A DNA stretch of 64,000 nt. Origin: the human T2T-CHM13v2.0 reference genome, Homo sapiens. The stretch lies in NCBI RefSeq assembly GCF_009914755.1, contig NC_060925.1; one strand, written 5' to 3'. Positions 1 through 13,894 of this stretch are shown here, one piece after another (positions within the stretch are counted from its first letter, which is position 1; each line of letters starts with the position of its first letter). The position numbers were made by a program, and so were the translations under genes. The notes beneath the pieces are model-generated. The model saw only the letters and a list, made by a program, of their open reading frames with translations, was not told where the DNA came from and searched no databases.

Positions 1-200
1 AAGGAATGAATTAAGAGGGCAGCGAGTAGAGTCAGGAAATGAGAAGGACTTATTACAATAGAACGGGCCACAGTGACAGGGGCCTGAATACACTAAGGCA
101 CTGTGTATGCAGATGAAGAGGAAGGGACAGAGCTGAGAGATATTTAAGAAGCGGAACTGAGAATACTCGATGACTCGTTAGGTGTCAGGAGTATGAAGAA
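1..200 (-). mobile_element. L2 LINE fragment (diverged)
   Basis: 'agagctgagagatatttaagaagcggaactgagaatactcgatgactcgttaggtgtcagg' resembles antisense L2 3' sequence; boundaries approximate. Confidence 0.5.
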
Positions 201-594
201 TGACAGTCCCTAAAATAGTTGGATGACAATTATGTTCCCAAAATTTCTCATTAGCCTTTCCCTTAGGATTCCCTTAGTTTTCTATTTTTACATCCTCCTG
301 GTTCCTCCCAGTCTTACTGCTGCTCACCATAAGTGAACCGAATTAATGGAGAGTTTGGCCATGGTCTCTGTGGAACAACTTACTCAAGTTGAATCCACAT
401 GCTTAAATACCCCAGTCAAATTTAAATTATCTTCAGGGGGTCAAATCAACTAATAAAAAAAAGAATTTAGTGATCATCTAAGGCAGAAAATCCCAAAGAA
501 TTGGAAATTCTCCTTGCTGAGTAACTGAATCTGGAGTTCATACAAACCAAATTGCCCTCTACGGTATTCAGAAAATAAGGGCAGACCTGCAAAT

Positions 595-727
595 CCAGAA
601 GAGTGGTTACCTCAAGGGGGCTGGGGGCAATGAGGGCAGAGGAAATACAATTAAAGAAAAGGTAGAGATCTTCCATTATAATTATGGGGTTTTATTCTTT
701 TGCTGGTGGTGTAATGTAAACGTTGAC
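595..727 (+). mobile_element. Old L1M (L1ME/MC-type) 3' UTR fragment, interrupted by Alu
   Basis: 'gagtggttacctcaagggggctggggg...ttttattcttttgctggtggtg' is typical of L1ME 3' ends; appears to resume briefly after 1038. Confidence 0.45.
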
Positions 728-1038
<311 letters not shown>

Positions 1039-1733
1039 AAATGTTCATCATTTTATACACTGTGTGATGGACCTGAAACGATTCAGACATAACTGAGATC
1101 CCTTTAGGGCTCTGCTCACTGTGATCTGGAGAAAAGGTTCCAGGAGACCCTTTAGCAAGTGACAACTGTTTCTTCTTCACCTGGGTACTGGTAGATTCTT
1201 CTATATCTGAAGGGATCTTATGCATGGAGAGTAATGTCTGTTGCTAGTTGTATTCTGATTGCTTCTTGATAGACTAAACACATGAACCTAGTAAACAAAA
1301 CTTTGAAAATCAAAGGAAAACATTGAAAGAAAGACAACAGAGATAAATTTAAGCCAGTGACTTTTATATCACATAACTCAAAGCCCTAGACACTCTCTAG
1401 AGACAGACAGTTGAGTGACCCATGCTGTGCCTCCTACCCTGGTTTCCCACCAGTGTTTCCACCTGACTATATATTGTACTGGCTCACCACACAGTAGATT
1501 ATTATTAATGATGAGTTCTATAGTTTAAAGACATTTCATAAACAATGGATTTTGAAAATTAGAAATTTTAATTTCCTCCATTTTTCCTTCACAGCCAGAA
1601 TTTAGGCATAGCTAGTTTACTATATACATGCAAACACATATGCGTAATGTATACATACAAACACACACTCACAGTATGGTTAATGACCAAATGGGCCCAA
1701 CAGAAAAGAGCAATATAAAATTACTGAACAAAA

Positions 1734-2137
<404 letters not shown>

Positions 2138-2889
2138 TCATTTTATGCACACTAAGCTCTCACTGAGGGCTGGTACTGATACCTTTTGTGTGAGCTTATA
2201 GCTTTCACTCTACTAAGCCCACAATTACCACTCTGGTACTTGTCAAGTCAGCAGATGAATGAATGAAAGATTAAAGTACAAAATAGTAACAAATAGATGA
2301 ACGGTTGAACAATTTGTCTGGTCAATTTTTTCACACATGAATTATGTTCTGCCCTCATTAAAGTTATGGGTCATCCACAATATGAACACAAATATAAATT
2401 TCTGCAGGTGTTAATTTCATAGCCAGAATCCATACCTGACAACATTTTCATGTGTGAACACTTAGAATTAAGGCAAAATGTCTTTCTTAAACTAACATGT
2501 TTACCCTTAACAGTAGCAGTATAAACAGACTTAGGTCAGAGATTTGTTAATTATCTTTTTGCAACTAACATCCACTTTGTAGATCTGCGTTACCATGAAA
2601 AGGCTTTTATTGGGAAGCATGTTGGGAATCTCTGGTGCATAAATCTCTCAGAATGCAAGCAAAGACTAGCTTATTGCCTACTTTTTGATGACTTTTCTTT
2701 CACGAACAAACCGAAAGGGCCACAAGTTGATCACAATAGTTTCCTCACTCAACAGAAAGAAATGAATACTTAATGTTAAAATCCAATTCAGTTACTGTTG
2801 GTTGGGCATCTGCTAGCAAAAGGACCGGGATAGATGGAGCAGTGAAGTGCAAAGATATCCACAAGTTGTCAATCTAGGTAGAGTTGCAG

Positions 2890-3800
2890 GCATTTCATTC
2901 TTTGCTTATTTACTTAACTAGTATTTATTTAACATATGCTATGAGCCAGGCACTTTTGCTAAGCCCTGGTGATAGACATATACATACAGGCACGGTCCAT
3001 TCCTAAAGTGAGTTTGTAGTGCTATAGGTAAGGCAAATATTAAATAATGGGTATACGAACAAATATAAATTATGAACAAAGTTAAATGAGAGAAACAACG
3101 AAATTCTATGAAAGAGAATAATAGGGGATAATGTTCTTTAAAGGTAGGGTTCAGATGTGACATTTACAAGAAAGTATCCTTTATGCTGCCTCCTACCTGT
3201 GATCCTTATATTTCATGTTATAGTGTGAGTAATAAGGGCTGGTATAAGATGCAGGAAGTTCTGTGGGCATATAGGTTAAAAAGGCATTTAGCTCCAGCTA
3301 AGCGATTCTTATGGAAAAGACAGTTTTTTGAGGGAAGTGTCTTTCTTCACAGTTTCCCTGAAAATGGACAGAGATTTCATATGTGAAGAAAACTGCATGA
3401 ACAAAGGAAGAGAGGAAGAAAAGCAAAGTGTGTCTAGGAAACAGCAAGGAGTTGAGTATAGCTAAAGAACAAGGTATGATAGGGATCAGATTATGAAGGT
3501 CCTAGAATGCCAGGCCAAGGAGTGTAAACCTTACCCTATAGGCACTAGGGAGCCATGGATAGCTTATGAGCAGGGTAATGGGATGCTCATACCTGTGCTT
3601 TAGAAACCCAGCATGGCACATGAGTGGAGAGTGTTTGTACAAAGGATACACTAAAGTTAGCTAGAACAATGAGATCCAGATGAGATTTTTAAAAGCAAGC
3701 AAAATGTCCATGGTTCACCTGAGAATAATGAGGGCTTGACATGGGACAGTGGGTGCAAAAATGGAAGGACATGACAAATGGCAAATGCTGACTAGGTGAT
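2890..3800 (-). mobile_element. L2 fragments
   Basis: 'tatttatttaacatatgctatgagccaggcac...' and 'gaatgccaggccaaggagtgtaaaccttaccctataggcactagggagccatgg' are L2 3' hallmarks. Confidence 0.7.
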
Positions 3801-4539
3801 CTGCCTGGCTAGACACAGTCCAGTCCTGATGGGCCTTAATAAGTGAGAAGCTTGTGTCAGTTGTGACACTGAAATCTTGAATTTTAGAAACTAGAAAGCT
3901 GGTTGTGTCACATCTACGGAATAGATCCTTTGTTTGATTTGGGATATGTTGAATTTGGGGGTTTGCAGAGCCTTCTGTCCTGCAGCCTTTAGAAGTTCAG
4001 ATCCGTAGCACCCAAGCCAGAATGACCAAGCCAGAGGCGAGTGGCTTGATTCACTGAGGGAGCTACAATCCAGACCTTGAGTCTCAGGGCTCTGCATCTG
4101 TTTTGTTTAGCCAGGGAATTATTATAAAATATTTACTGTACTCAAGTCTGGGCCTCCCCTGAGAATTGGGATCACAGCGCCTAACCTAATATTCTCTGAT
4201 TATTACTGCTAATAATTCTTTATTGGGGAAATCAAATAGTTATAACTTTTCACTGTTGTTGGAAAAGCTTGAGGGGTGAGTCATGTATTACCCATAGAGG
4301 AACTCTGTCCACACTAGGTGCGTAGTAAAATTAAGTTCAAATAAAATGCTGTGGAAGAGTGTTTCATTTCAGAAAGGCTTACAGTCATTCCCTTACTGGA
4401 AATCAGTGTTAGAGGGCATTAAAAGGCTGTATGCCCTCTGTAGCATTTAATATAAGGGCTCCATTTTTCTTTTAGTCTACATGAGGTTGATACTAAAATT
4501 TGTAAGCGGTAAAAGCAGTTGCAGGAGACTTTTTCATTT

Positions 4540-4900
4540 ATGGTACTCTACCATTTATGAAACACACTTGCCAACATTGCTCTTCTGATCCTCACAACAA
4601 CTCAGCAGAGTTTGTGCTGCTGCCCTTCCTTTCCTTCAAAGAAACTGAGGCTCAGAGAAGTCACAGGTGGTGCATAGGGTCACCTAAGTAGAAAGCGTCA
4701 GAGCCAAGGTTGAGTCCAGAGCCTTATCATTGTAAACTGTATATTCGTGTAGCAGTTTGTAGTTAACAATGAACTTTCATGATAACCTGCTAAATTTTCC
4801 CAAGGACCCAGTTTGGTAGTCCCTGTTGATACTCTTTACAGCAGAGGGACTTGAGAAGCTGAATGACTTGACAATAGTCACATGAGAGGGGGGAGCTGAG
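4540..4900. mobile_element. MIR fragments
   Basis: MIR core 'gatcctcacaacaac...gaaactgaggctcagagaag'. Confidence 0.65.
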
Positions 4901-5113
4901 ACTCCTAGCCTGGGCACTCTCTCTCCACTCCCCACCCTGGGTGGGCCTCCTTCTAAGACCCCAGAGGGTAGGATCCACTGATTATCATTACTCTCAGACA
5001 ACCAGGACTCTCATCTGTTCCACACTACAGGACCAAAATAGCTCCCATGAGTTCTTCCTTCTTCACACACCCTAACCCGATATATACTGCTGAGGAAAAC
5101 ATCTTTAAAACCA

Positions 5114-5236
5114 CAGGAGAATCCCTTGAACCCAGGAGGCAGAGGTTGCAGTAAGCTGAGATCACGCCACTGCACTCCAGCCTGGGTGACAGAGTGAGAC
5201 TCTGAAAAAAGAAAAGAAAAGAAAGAAAAAGAAAAA
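5114..5236 (+). mobile_element. 5'-truncated AluS (part of right arm) with (GAAAA)n tail
   Basis: starts at 'caggagaatcccttgaacccaggaggcagaggttgcag', ends in A-rich tail. Confidence 0.9.
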
Positions 5237-5989
5237 TGCTGACCATTCCTTGAAATTTTTCAAAGATTCCAGATTCAAGTGCCCAAGATTGAATTTCATC
5301 AATACATACCTATACATACCACCACCAATATCATCCCTTTCATGGAGTTTACCAAGGGGAAAAAAGCTCTTTGAATGCCAAAGCCAGTCCCCAGTGCCAG
5401 TTGCTAATGGCACCTATGTTGTCAGCTCAGCTGATCACTCCAGGCACTAGCCAGAGAACACAGAGTAACCCTTCCCAGCACAGACTGTTGAAAGTAGCTT
5501 GAGTATAACTGAGTTACTTTGAGCTACTCATATCGTGGAGCCTGATAGCAACAGGTATCACAAAGCATACTCTGAAAGCATTGAAGCATAATGCAGGTTT
5601 TACCAAAAGTTTCTTAATGGAGATAGAGGAGGAGGTTCACATTTTATATTACAAAGCAAAACCTCCTTTAACTCATTCTTGGAAATCTCTCTGTTTCCCC
5701 AAAGCACCTTTCTGTATAGCTGCTCCTCCCTCTCTCCTCCTTCCTGCAACTTCTCTACACCCATTCCTCTCCTGTAGCCACTGCTACCATGCCCAGTATC
5801 TCTCTTTCGGTAGAGCAACTGGCACCCCTAGCCATCAACCCTACTCAGGAAACCTAAGACTATTCCTTGGGATCTGTTCTCTTTAAAGTTTGGGAACTGT
5901 TGAACAGAAAGAGAGAGAGCTGGAGAAAAATACAAATCTAAAAACTGTTAATTTCATTATTGTTCCTGCCCAAAAATACTGACATAACA

Positions 5990-6180
5990 GCCAACATTTT
6001 CTATTCCTGATTCTTTGCATACTTTCTCTCTAACGCTCAAAACAGCCCTATAAGGCAAATAAAGATCTCCATTTTACAGATGAGAATGCTGAGGTTCAGA
6101 GGAATTAAAACTACTTACCAGCTACAGATGTAAAGTGGCAGGCCCAAATCTACCTGACTTTAAACCCCATGCATTCCCCA
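5990..6180. mobile_element. MIR
   Basis: core 'ctccattttacagatgagaatgctgaggttcagag'. Confidence 0.75.
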
Positions 6181-6719
6181 GCACACCGCACAGAGACAGA
6201 ACATCAGAACATGTTTTGATGTTTTTCCTTTGGGAGCCCTGTCCTCCCAGCCATTCAACTCAAGCCAGCTGCAGCCCCCTCCCCCATTCCACCTTGTGTT
6301 TCCTCTGGCCAGAGGGAAAAGGAAGTTTGTCACGTTTCAGCTGATAGACCCACTTCCTGAGCCAGCCCAAGGTGCTGGTGCACACATGGCCCAGCTCTCC
6401 CATGCGGAGACCTGCTTAATACCCTCTAGTCACATCTGGGACATATTTAAAATTACCTCTAACCACAACTGCAAAGTAAGATCGCAGAGATTAAGCAAGT
6501 GCCATAGGCTTGCTTGCTAAGGTTCAGCATGGGAGATCTGTGTCCCTACTTCCCCTACTCTGGCTCTGACCAGGAAAACTGGGCAACTTAACATGGGAAG
6601 TTTGATCCAATTGTTTCCAGTTGAGAGCAAGCGCAGAATCCTTGGTTGTCTTCTGGACTCAGTGACTTCTTGCAAGTGGGGAGCAATGGGAGGTGGTGGA
6701 GGGTGAGTTGCGGTGAAGC

Positions 6720-7050
6720 AATCAGCCTTGAAACTGAACTGGCCCAAGCATGTGTCCTAGCTCTGCCACTCACTATCTGTGTAACCCTGGGTAAGTTACC
6801 TAACTTCCCACCTGCAGTGGTGTTTCCTTGCCTGAATATGAGAGAGTTGTTAAGGAGTAATGATAGAAAGCCTGCATCTAAAACAAAGGCTTCAGTAAAT
6901 GTAATTTATCCTCATTATTATTCCCAGTGGGAGCGTTGGCTCTCTCCTATCCTCCCTAACATTGGGGCAATCTTTTAACCTCTGGGCCCCAGATTTCCTC
7001 ACCTGCATTGGCTGGTCAGAGGCGATCATCTCTCAGGTCCCTTCCTGCAT
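6720..7050. mobile_element. MIR / MIR3 fragments
   Basis: 'tcctagctctgccactcactatctgtgtaaccctgggtaagttacctaac' and 'aacctctgggccccagatttcctcacctgca'. Confidence 0.7.
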
Positions 7051-8429
7051 TGGTTTTCTATGAAGCAACCTCCATTTGGCATTTATTTTCCTGCTTGTTG
7101 GCTGAAAATAAATTCACTCATTCCCAAAACCTCTTGGAAAAAGAGGGACTCTGCTTGGCATGGGCTTTCATTGGAAACAGCTCTTCTTTTCCAGAATAGC
7201 AATAAAAAGCATGTGTTGTTTGCTGTTTGTTCAAGTTCAGAGGGAAAGAGAAATGGTGAGAGTGACTTCATGGGACAAAGAGACCTAGGATGGAATCGGG
7301 GTGGGAGGACAGGTATTTTTAGCATATTAAATCCGTAATCTGGGGCTTTGAGGGAACTTCTACTCTGTGTGGGTTTGCCTAGAGTACACACCTGTTGTGT
7401 GATAAAAATAACAGTATGGCATTCTTAGAGTCCTCCATCCTGGAGTGGTAGTCTTCAAATCAGAACCCAGGGAGTGACAGTCAACATTGAAGGGTGCCAA
7501 GGATGGGGAGCAGGGATGTGATGAAATAAGTATTAGCCCATGATAGAGAGGAGGAAAAAAGGAGAGAAAGAGAAGCAGTACGATCCGGGCTCTGATCAGC
7601 TGGGCCCCTGCTGTTGGCCAAGCAAGCAGGCTTTGCCGGGAGCTTCCCGAAGGCAGCTGTCCAGCCAACCCCATGCAAGCTCCTGCCAGGAGGCATCATT
7701 ACAGATGAGTGTCTGATCAGCTCCATCGAGATCACATTAAAGGCTCTCCTACCCACCCCCCTTCTGAAAGAGTGTTACCGTTTGGACAGATTTTCAGGGT
7801 CACTTTCTGACCCATCTCTGGAAAAACAAAGACTGTCAGACCCCTCCTGACTTATTTGCTAATGGGAACAAAAACCATACATCTTTATTCAAAATAAAGA
7901 ATGATGCCCAGCACTAGCCCTTGGACTCTTTGAGGGACTTCTGCTTCCTTTTCCCTTGCATGTTCCACTATCCTTTGGCCACTCCTGGAAATAAGTGCCC
8001 TTCCAGTTAAGCATGCTTTGACTAATTAATTTATTCCATCTGTTCTTTCCTCTGGAACTTTGACCATGACACAAAAGGTTCTGAAACAGATTTGGTTCTT
8101 ATATTGATAACCAGGTCACCGATAATGGATGGAGAGTAGAGTATGGAAGGCTGAAGGAAAGGGGCATATAAGTTTTGTCCCCTTACATGTGCCTGGCTTT
8201 TAGGCAAATCTCTGATTTATCCAGTCCATTAAAGGCATGGAGACATCTGAAACTGCATACGAAAAAAGCTAATCTCTGCATTGCAAGGGAATTTTTGAAA
8301 CCTTACCCTATTCAAGTTACTGGTAGAAATAACGAGGAGGAAGAGAAGTAAACAAACTAATGAATAACTGTTCATGATTTATGTTAATAAATGAATAAAC
8401 ACACTAATGGATTTGCCGACCATAAGCCA

Positions 8430-8625
8430 ACTCCTCGACCAGGTGGTTTATTTGTTTTTTAACTCTCAGAACAAGTTTGTGAGTAGGTAGAATAATGCCT
8501 GTGTTACAGGCAAGACAGCTATACCTCACAGAAGTGGAATAACTTGCTTTCAGACACTCAGACCTTGAGTGGCAGAGCACAATTCAAATTCAGGTCAGCA
8601 TCACTCTAAAATCTGCTACTCCTCC
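8430..8625. mobile_element. MIR
   Basis: 'aactctcagaacaagtttgtgagtagg...aataacttgc...gtggcagagcacaattcaaattcaggtc'. Confidence 0.6.
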
Positions 8626-10389
8626 CAAGCCACATTGAGACATGTGCATTTCTTTGTTGTGAGTTTGTCTCTTCCAGAATTCTGACAGCTCAGAGTCTTT
8701 GGCAGGACCCCACCATGTCTTCAGAGGTGGAGAAAATCAGTGACCACTGCTAGGGTGGGCAAGCTCTCCCTGACAGCTTGGGAGAAGCAAACATTGCCTT
8801 CTATGCACAGGCTTCCTTCATTGAGTTAGTCACCTTTATTTGAAGTCAAATGCCATTTATCTAAATTGACAGCAGGTTGCTGATCAAATATTACTGAGTC
8901 TTCTCTAGGTGTGAACCTGGGTGAGTTCCTCTGTATACCCTTGGTTAATGCCTTGTGACTGTGGGAGCCAGAACCGAGGAGTCTGGCTCAGTCTAACACA
9001 AGGTGACAGCTAACACCCAAAGGAGAAAACAGTCCCTCTCTACTGTTTCCCACATTCCCCATATTTACAGTGTGCACACTGCAAACCCAGTCTGCAATGG
9101 ACTTTTTAACACACCAGGTGTTACCACTTGGAAAGGTCATTTTTACATTTGCAATCTTTGCATTGTGTTCCCTGCTATGGATTATGGAGCAAGCGAATGA
9201 AAAGCAAGCGTCCAGTGTAAGTGTGTATTTGGTTCCTCTGATACCCTGTTGGAAGAGGCTTACCAAGGGAGAGGCCCAGGCCATATGGGCTGGGGTGGGG
9301 GTGCTGGTGGCCAGGCTCAGTGCCCCAGAGGTTCACGGTGGCTCTTGGTTGATGTTGAGGCACTCTGAGGGAGTCAGGACAGACTTTCTTCAGTGCAAGA
9401 GCAATGCCCGTTCCAGCCTGAAGTCGACTGCGATAACCTTGACAACAGGAACAATGAGCGGCACATCATTTTCCTGAGGATGCATCGGTACACGGAAAGA
9501 TCTCTGCCAAATCTCATCCCCTTGCCAAGGCTTCCAGGTGTTTCTTTGTATTCGCGCAGAGAACTAACATCATTTTTTCCTTCAGTTCAGAAGAGGTGGT
9601 CCAAAGTGTTTAAGCGACAGTAGTTGCAACATGTCAGAGTGGGAATTTATTATCTCAGCCCCAATAGGTCTTAATAAGCCTTACACAACTGTTTAGGCAT
9701 TTATTCTATTAACGGCTGTTCATTCTGGTGGCTTCACCTGAATATTCATGATCTTCCTATCCCCAGAGCTTCAGCATAGCAGCTGTTTAAAACCCACAGC
9801 AAATGTTCAAGAGAGTTCCACAAATATAAACACCCTCACAGCTGAATGTTCCAGCTCTGGCCTCACAGAGGCTAAGCCATGAAACATTTATGTGGAGTGG
9901 TTTTTGGAGGGCAGCATTTACAAAACTTAAATAATCTTTCCCCTTTAGGGAGCCCTCAACTCTGTTTGAAACATAACCATGAGGACAAAGGGTCCAGGAG
10001 GACCCAAGTCCACGAAGATAACTGCCCCCTCCTTGCTTCCTCCTAGAAATGGAGGTTCTGAATAAATTCTAACAGGAAGGGAGCTAGAGTGAGCTGGGGG
10101 TGGGCTGGGTGGATGTGCAACCCACTTCAGGGGAGAGGGCCAAGCCAGTTCCCTGTGAAAGAGTGAGATGGTTTGTACAGGGAATATTTTTACTGTAAAT
10201 ATATCAAAAGAGAAGGCACTGGTGGTGGTTTTTCCAAAGGGATATAACCAGGAATGACAGGATTAAATTAGCGAGAGCACTATATGACATGAAATTTCGT
10301 GAGATCTCCCTCTTGAGCATATGTTTCCTGCCTTTCAAGTAAGAATGCAAAGTAGAAAAAGTTCAGGCCCATCTTTATGATTGGACAAA

Positions 10390-10910
10390 TCTCCCCCTTG
10401 GGCAAGTCACTTACCCACTTTGTGCCTCAATGTCCTCATTTATAAACTAGAGGGGAGGGGGACGTTGTGTCAAAGAAAATGACAAGGTGATGGCATTGTG
10501 TAAACCGGTAATGTATTATAATTAATGTATTAGAAATACACATTCCCATTGTCTTTGACTTATCCAGAGAAGATTTTTAAGAATTAGTTTAAAAGCATAA
10601 AGCTAAAGATAAGTAAGCATACTTTTCTAGCCTGTTTGTGGAAGACCAAGCTCACCTTGACCAGTGAGGACAGTAGGGGGAACAAGGATATGGGAATTCA
10701 GTGAAAGAACATGGGTTGTGGAGTCAGATTAATGTGGATTCAAATTCCTGCATTACTGCTGCAATTTGGGCAAATAATGGAGCTTTTCTGAGCCCAGTTC
10801 CTTCATTTGTAATACATAAAAAATATCTTACACATTTGTCACAAGGTTTGAGATGTGTGCAATACACAGCACAGTGCCTGGCACGACATAGCTGCTCACC
10901 AGATGTGATT
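10390..10910. mobile_element. Two MIR fragments
   Basis: 'ccttgggcaagtcacttacccactttgtgcctcaatgtcctcatttataaa' and 'ggagtcagattaatgtggattcaaattcc...cacagtgcctggcacgacatagctgctca'. Confidence 0.7.
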
Positions 10911-11499
10911 CCCTTCTCCCACCTCTGCTATGGGAGCACAGCTAGCCTGTCACCCCAAGCAGGCCCACCCCACGGCCCCCTGCCCATGGCAGTGGTGATC
11001 TGGGAGCCCACAGTTAGGTGGACAGACAGAATAGCACGGTCGCCAGCCAGAGATTTCTCCAGCCAGTACGCCACCTCTGCAGGTCAAGAATCTGGGTTCA
11101 TTCTTCCCTGGGAACTCTATGGGCTGAAAAAGAAGGAGAGAGAGAAAGGCTTTTTGAAACTTCCAAAGGAAGATGCCCACCCCCGGTCAAGGCCCCACTG
11201 CTTGTGCCTCCCCAGAACGCACGTGGGGAATGCTCACATGTGTTGTGTCATCTGCTTTTTGTATCCACGTCCCTCAGTAGGGAACTGCTTCTCCACCTTT
11301 TGTAAATGTCATCTTTGGATTCACATAAAAAAACGCTCAAATCCTTTCATGGTATCTGGAATTCCAAAATAAAAGAAATACAATGCCCAACATCCAGTCA
11401 ATGTGATGATAATATCAACGTGTTTTTTAAACTGTGCAACCTTTCTCCCTAATACAGCTTCGTATCCCAAGCTTGAAAAAAATCATAATATAAATGAGA

Positions 11500-12150
11500 A
11501 TGAGAAAATCAAACATGGTAAAAATGAATTAATGTAAGCGGGTGTCAAACGTTATAATAGAGGAGCAGAGCACGTCCCTGGGAGCATTGAGGAAGAGGGA
11601 GTCTGCTGAGAGAAGCAGGGGAAGAGCTGCAGAGAGAAGGGCACGATTTGAGTATACATTTTCTGAATCGAAAAGCTGGAACAGTTACTCCAAGGACAGG
11701 CAACTGAATGGACAAAGTTCTTAAGGGAAGGAAAAGGATGATGTGACAAGGAAATGACAAAAAGCTCCTCATGGCTGAAGTGGTTGAGTGGGGAGCACTG
11801 TTGGAGAAGGTTCCAGAACTTTGTGCTGGGCTGAGATGCTGGACCGTATCCTGTAGGCAGAGGTGGAATAATATCATCAGAACTCTATTTTAGAAGAAGA
11901 ATGCATGCATGTGTATGATGTTTAAAAATTGAGTTAGGGAGACCAGAGACAGAGAGATCCTATGCTCTTGATCTCACCCTGCCAATTACCCCCACGAGGT
12001 GGCTATTGTTTCTATTTCCCTTTAACAGTAAGGAAACTGGAGCTCAAAGCAGCCCATGACTTGATCTTTAGCTGTTAAGTGGCAGCGCTGAGACTCAAAC
12101 ACAGACCTCTTGATTTCAAGTCAAGGGCTCTTTTTACTTCTCACAACTCA
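11500..12150. mobile_element. L2 fragment followed by MIR
   Basis: L2-like 11500-11900; MIR core 'taacagtaaggaaactggagctcaaag...gttaagtggcagcgctgagactcaaac'. Confidence 0.55.
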
Positions 12151-12191
12151 TTAGCTACTACAATCACAAAATGCAGACCCTGAGTTGCTTT

Positions 12192-12722
12192 CAGGGGTTC
12201 TGAACTTCTTTATGCTATGGACCCATTTAACATCTGGTGAATCGTGGACCTCTTCTCAGAGTAGCTTTTTAAACACATAAAAGAAAGTGCATTGAGCAAC
12301 TAAAGTTACTAAGTATGTTGTGATCAAACATACACACATTATCAAATATATAACTATCAAATCCATGTATCAAAATATTTCAAATATTGTGCTATGGCAA
12401 GAATAGTGCTTCTGTATTCATGCATCACAAAGCAAGCTCTATTAGAGGGATTAATATCTACCAGAATTTCAAGATAGTGGTAAATGTAAGTAATGTTTCA
12501 AGACATCTTCAACAATTGCAATGTGATATGAAGATATCTGTGATTTCTAGAGAGGACAAAGTCCTGGCTTTTGCTAATATTACTGCGACTTGCTCACCAT
12601 CCTAATTAGTAGACATGATAAATTTCTTTTAGAGATTAGTGAACATAAAGGTGTAATTTATTTTCTCATCCAAATTCAAATATCCCTGAATAATATCCAT
12701 GAACCCTGGCTAAGAACCTCAG
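12192..12722 (+). mobile_element. Charlie4a (MER80) hAT DNA transposon fossil
   Basis: terminal inverted repeats CAGGGGTTCTGAAC ... GCTAAGAACCTCAG; internal 'atggacccattt', 'gatatgaagatatctgtgatttcta...gacaaagtc' match remembered consensus. Confidence 0.8.
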
Positions 12723-13894
12723 GAAATATTTCAAATTTGAGATAGTCTATAAGGTGATTTCTAAAATATTTAGAAATTAGATCTTTTTTTTTCCCAAATG
12801 AACCAAGAAGTAGAATTTCCATGATGAAATAGTTCAAAGCAGAAAAACTCTGGCTGAAGCTGTGTAGGAAGGACTCCCAAGTCTCCTCATTGTGCCTCTT
12901 AGACCCACGAACCCCCAGTAGAGCCAACCCATGAGACATCTCCTTCACAGAAAATACTTTGTTATGGTTTCCCAGCACTTGTTGGCTGTGCTCAGCTTTC
13001 TCAAGGCAAGGGTCTGGAAAGTTTTCTGGCGATAACAAGCCTTTCCTGAAAAGACACTGCCATTCCACTCTCAGGAAAGCTTGCTTTAAGGGCAGGTTTC
13101 TGAACAAACGGGGATCTTCAGGAATACGCCAGGGGTAGCACTGTTCATACACAGGCCTGCTTCCAGTGAACAGTAACGGTCTTGAGCTAATAAGGAAATA
13201 ATCCATTTTCAGCAGATGAAAGAAGAGGGATCAGAAAGGTAACTTGAGCTGAGGGTAATAATGGTGCCAAAAACTTATAATGGAAACTATCTAAAGAATC
13301 CAAGACCCTTTGTTAGATATGAATGATTTCTTTTTTCTGGTGAGAAGTGTATGGAGAACTTGAGAAGAAGGGCCTGAGTGGATTTTATGAAAAAAACCTC
13401 TGTCTGGGGAAGAAGGCTTGGGGTTAGGTTGCAGCTCCACTGTATCCTTCAGTTGCGTAACAGGGAGGGAGTTGAAAGATGTTCAGAACACCACAATATG
13501 ATGTGCTTTGTCTTTGAACTCTTTCTTCCAGATTTTAACTGTAAGTTCATCCATGTTTCCCTGCAATCCCTCTAGGTAGGTGTGCAATAGACAGCAGAGA
13601 CAGAAACAAATTTAATTAACAAAGAATTCTTAACATTGCACACACCCAGAGTTCCCCGCTTTGAGCGTCAGCATCTGTACTGTAATAATCAGCAAGAATC
13701 CACCTAATCAAGATACCTATATATAACAATACTTTAAAGCTCTTAGAGGCAGGATTTTTTAAAACATTGAATGGATTTCATTGAAAATGTCTAACCCCGT
13801 CCTTAAATACGAACTGGAACCTGTGGCCTTTACTATCAAAATACAAAGAATTATAAAAGGTATAGAGTGGGCTATCATATCAGTTTATAGTTCC

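Noticed and set aside
11065-11085. Possible CTCF site 'cgccacctctgcagg' (also 20706 'acgccatctattaa')
   Set aside because: Only half of the core matches; the TAGTGG/TGCTGG half is absent.
10701-11372. Longest ORF (223 aa)
   Set aside because: Starts at GTG inside a MIR; no recognisable domain; composition typical of translated non-coding DNA.
12676-13206. 176-aa minus-strand ORF
   Set aside because: Runs into the Charlie4a end; no recognisable protein features or promoter context.
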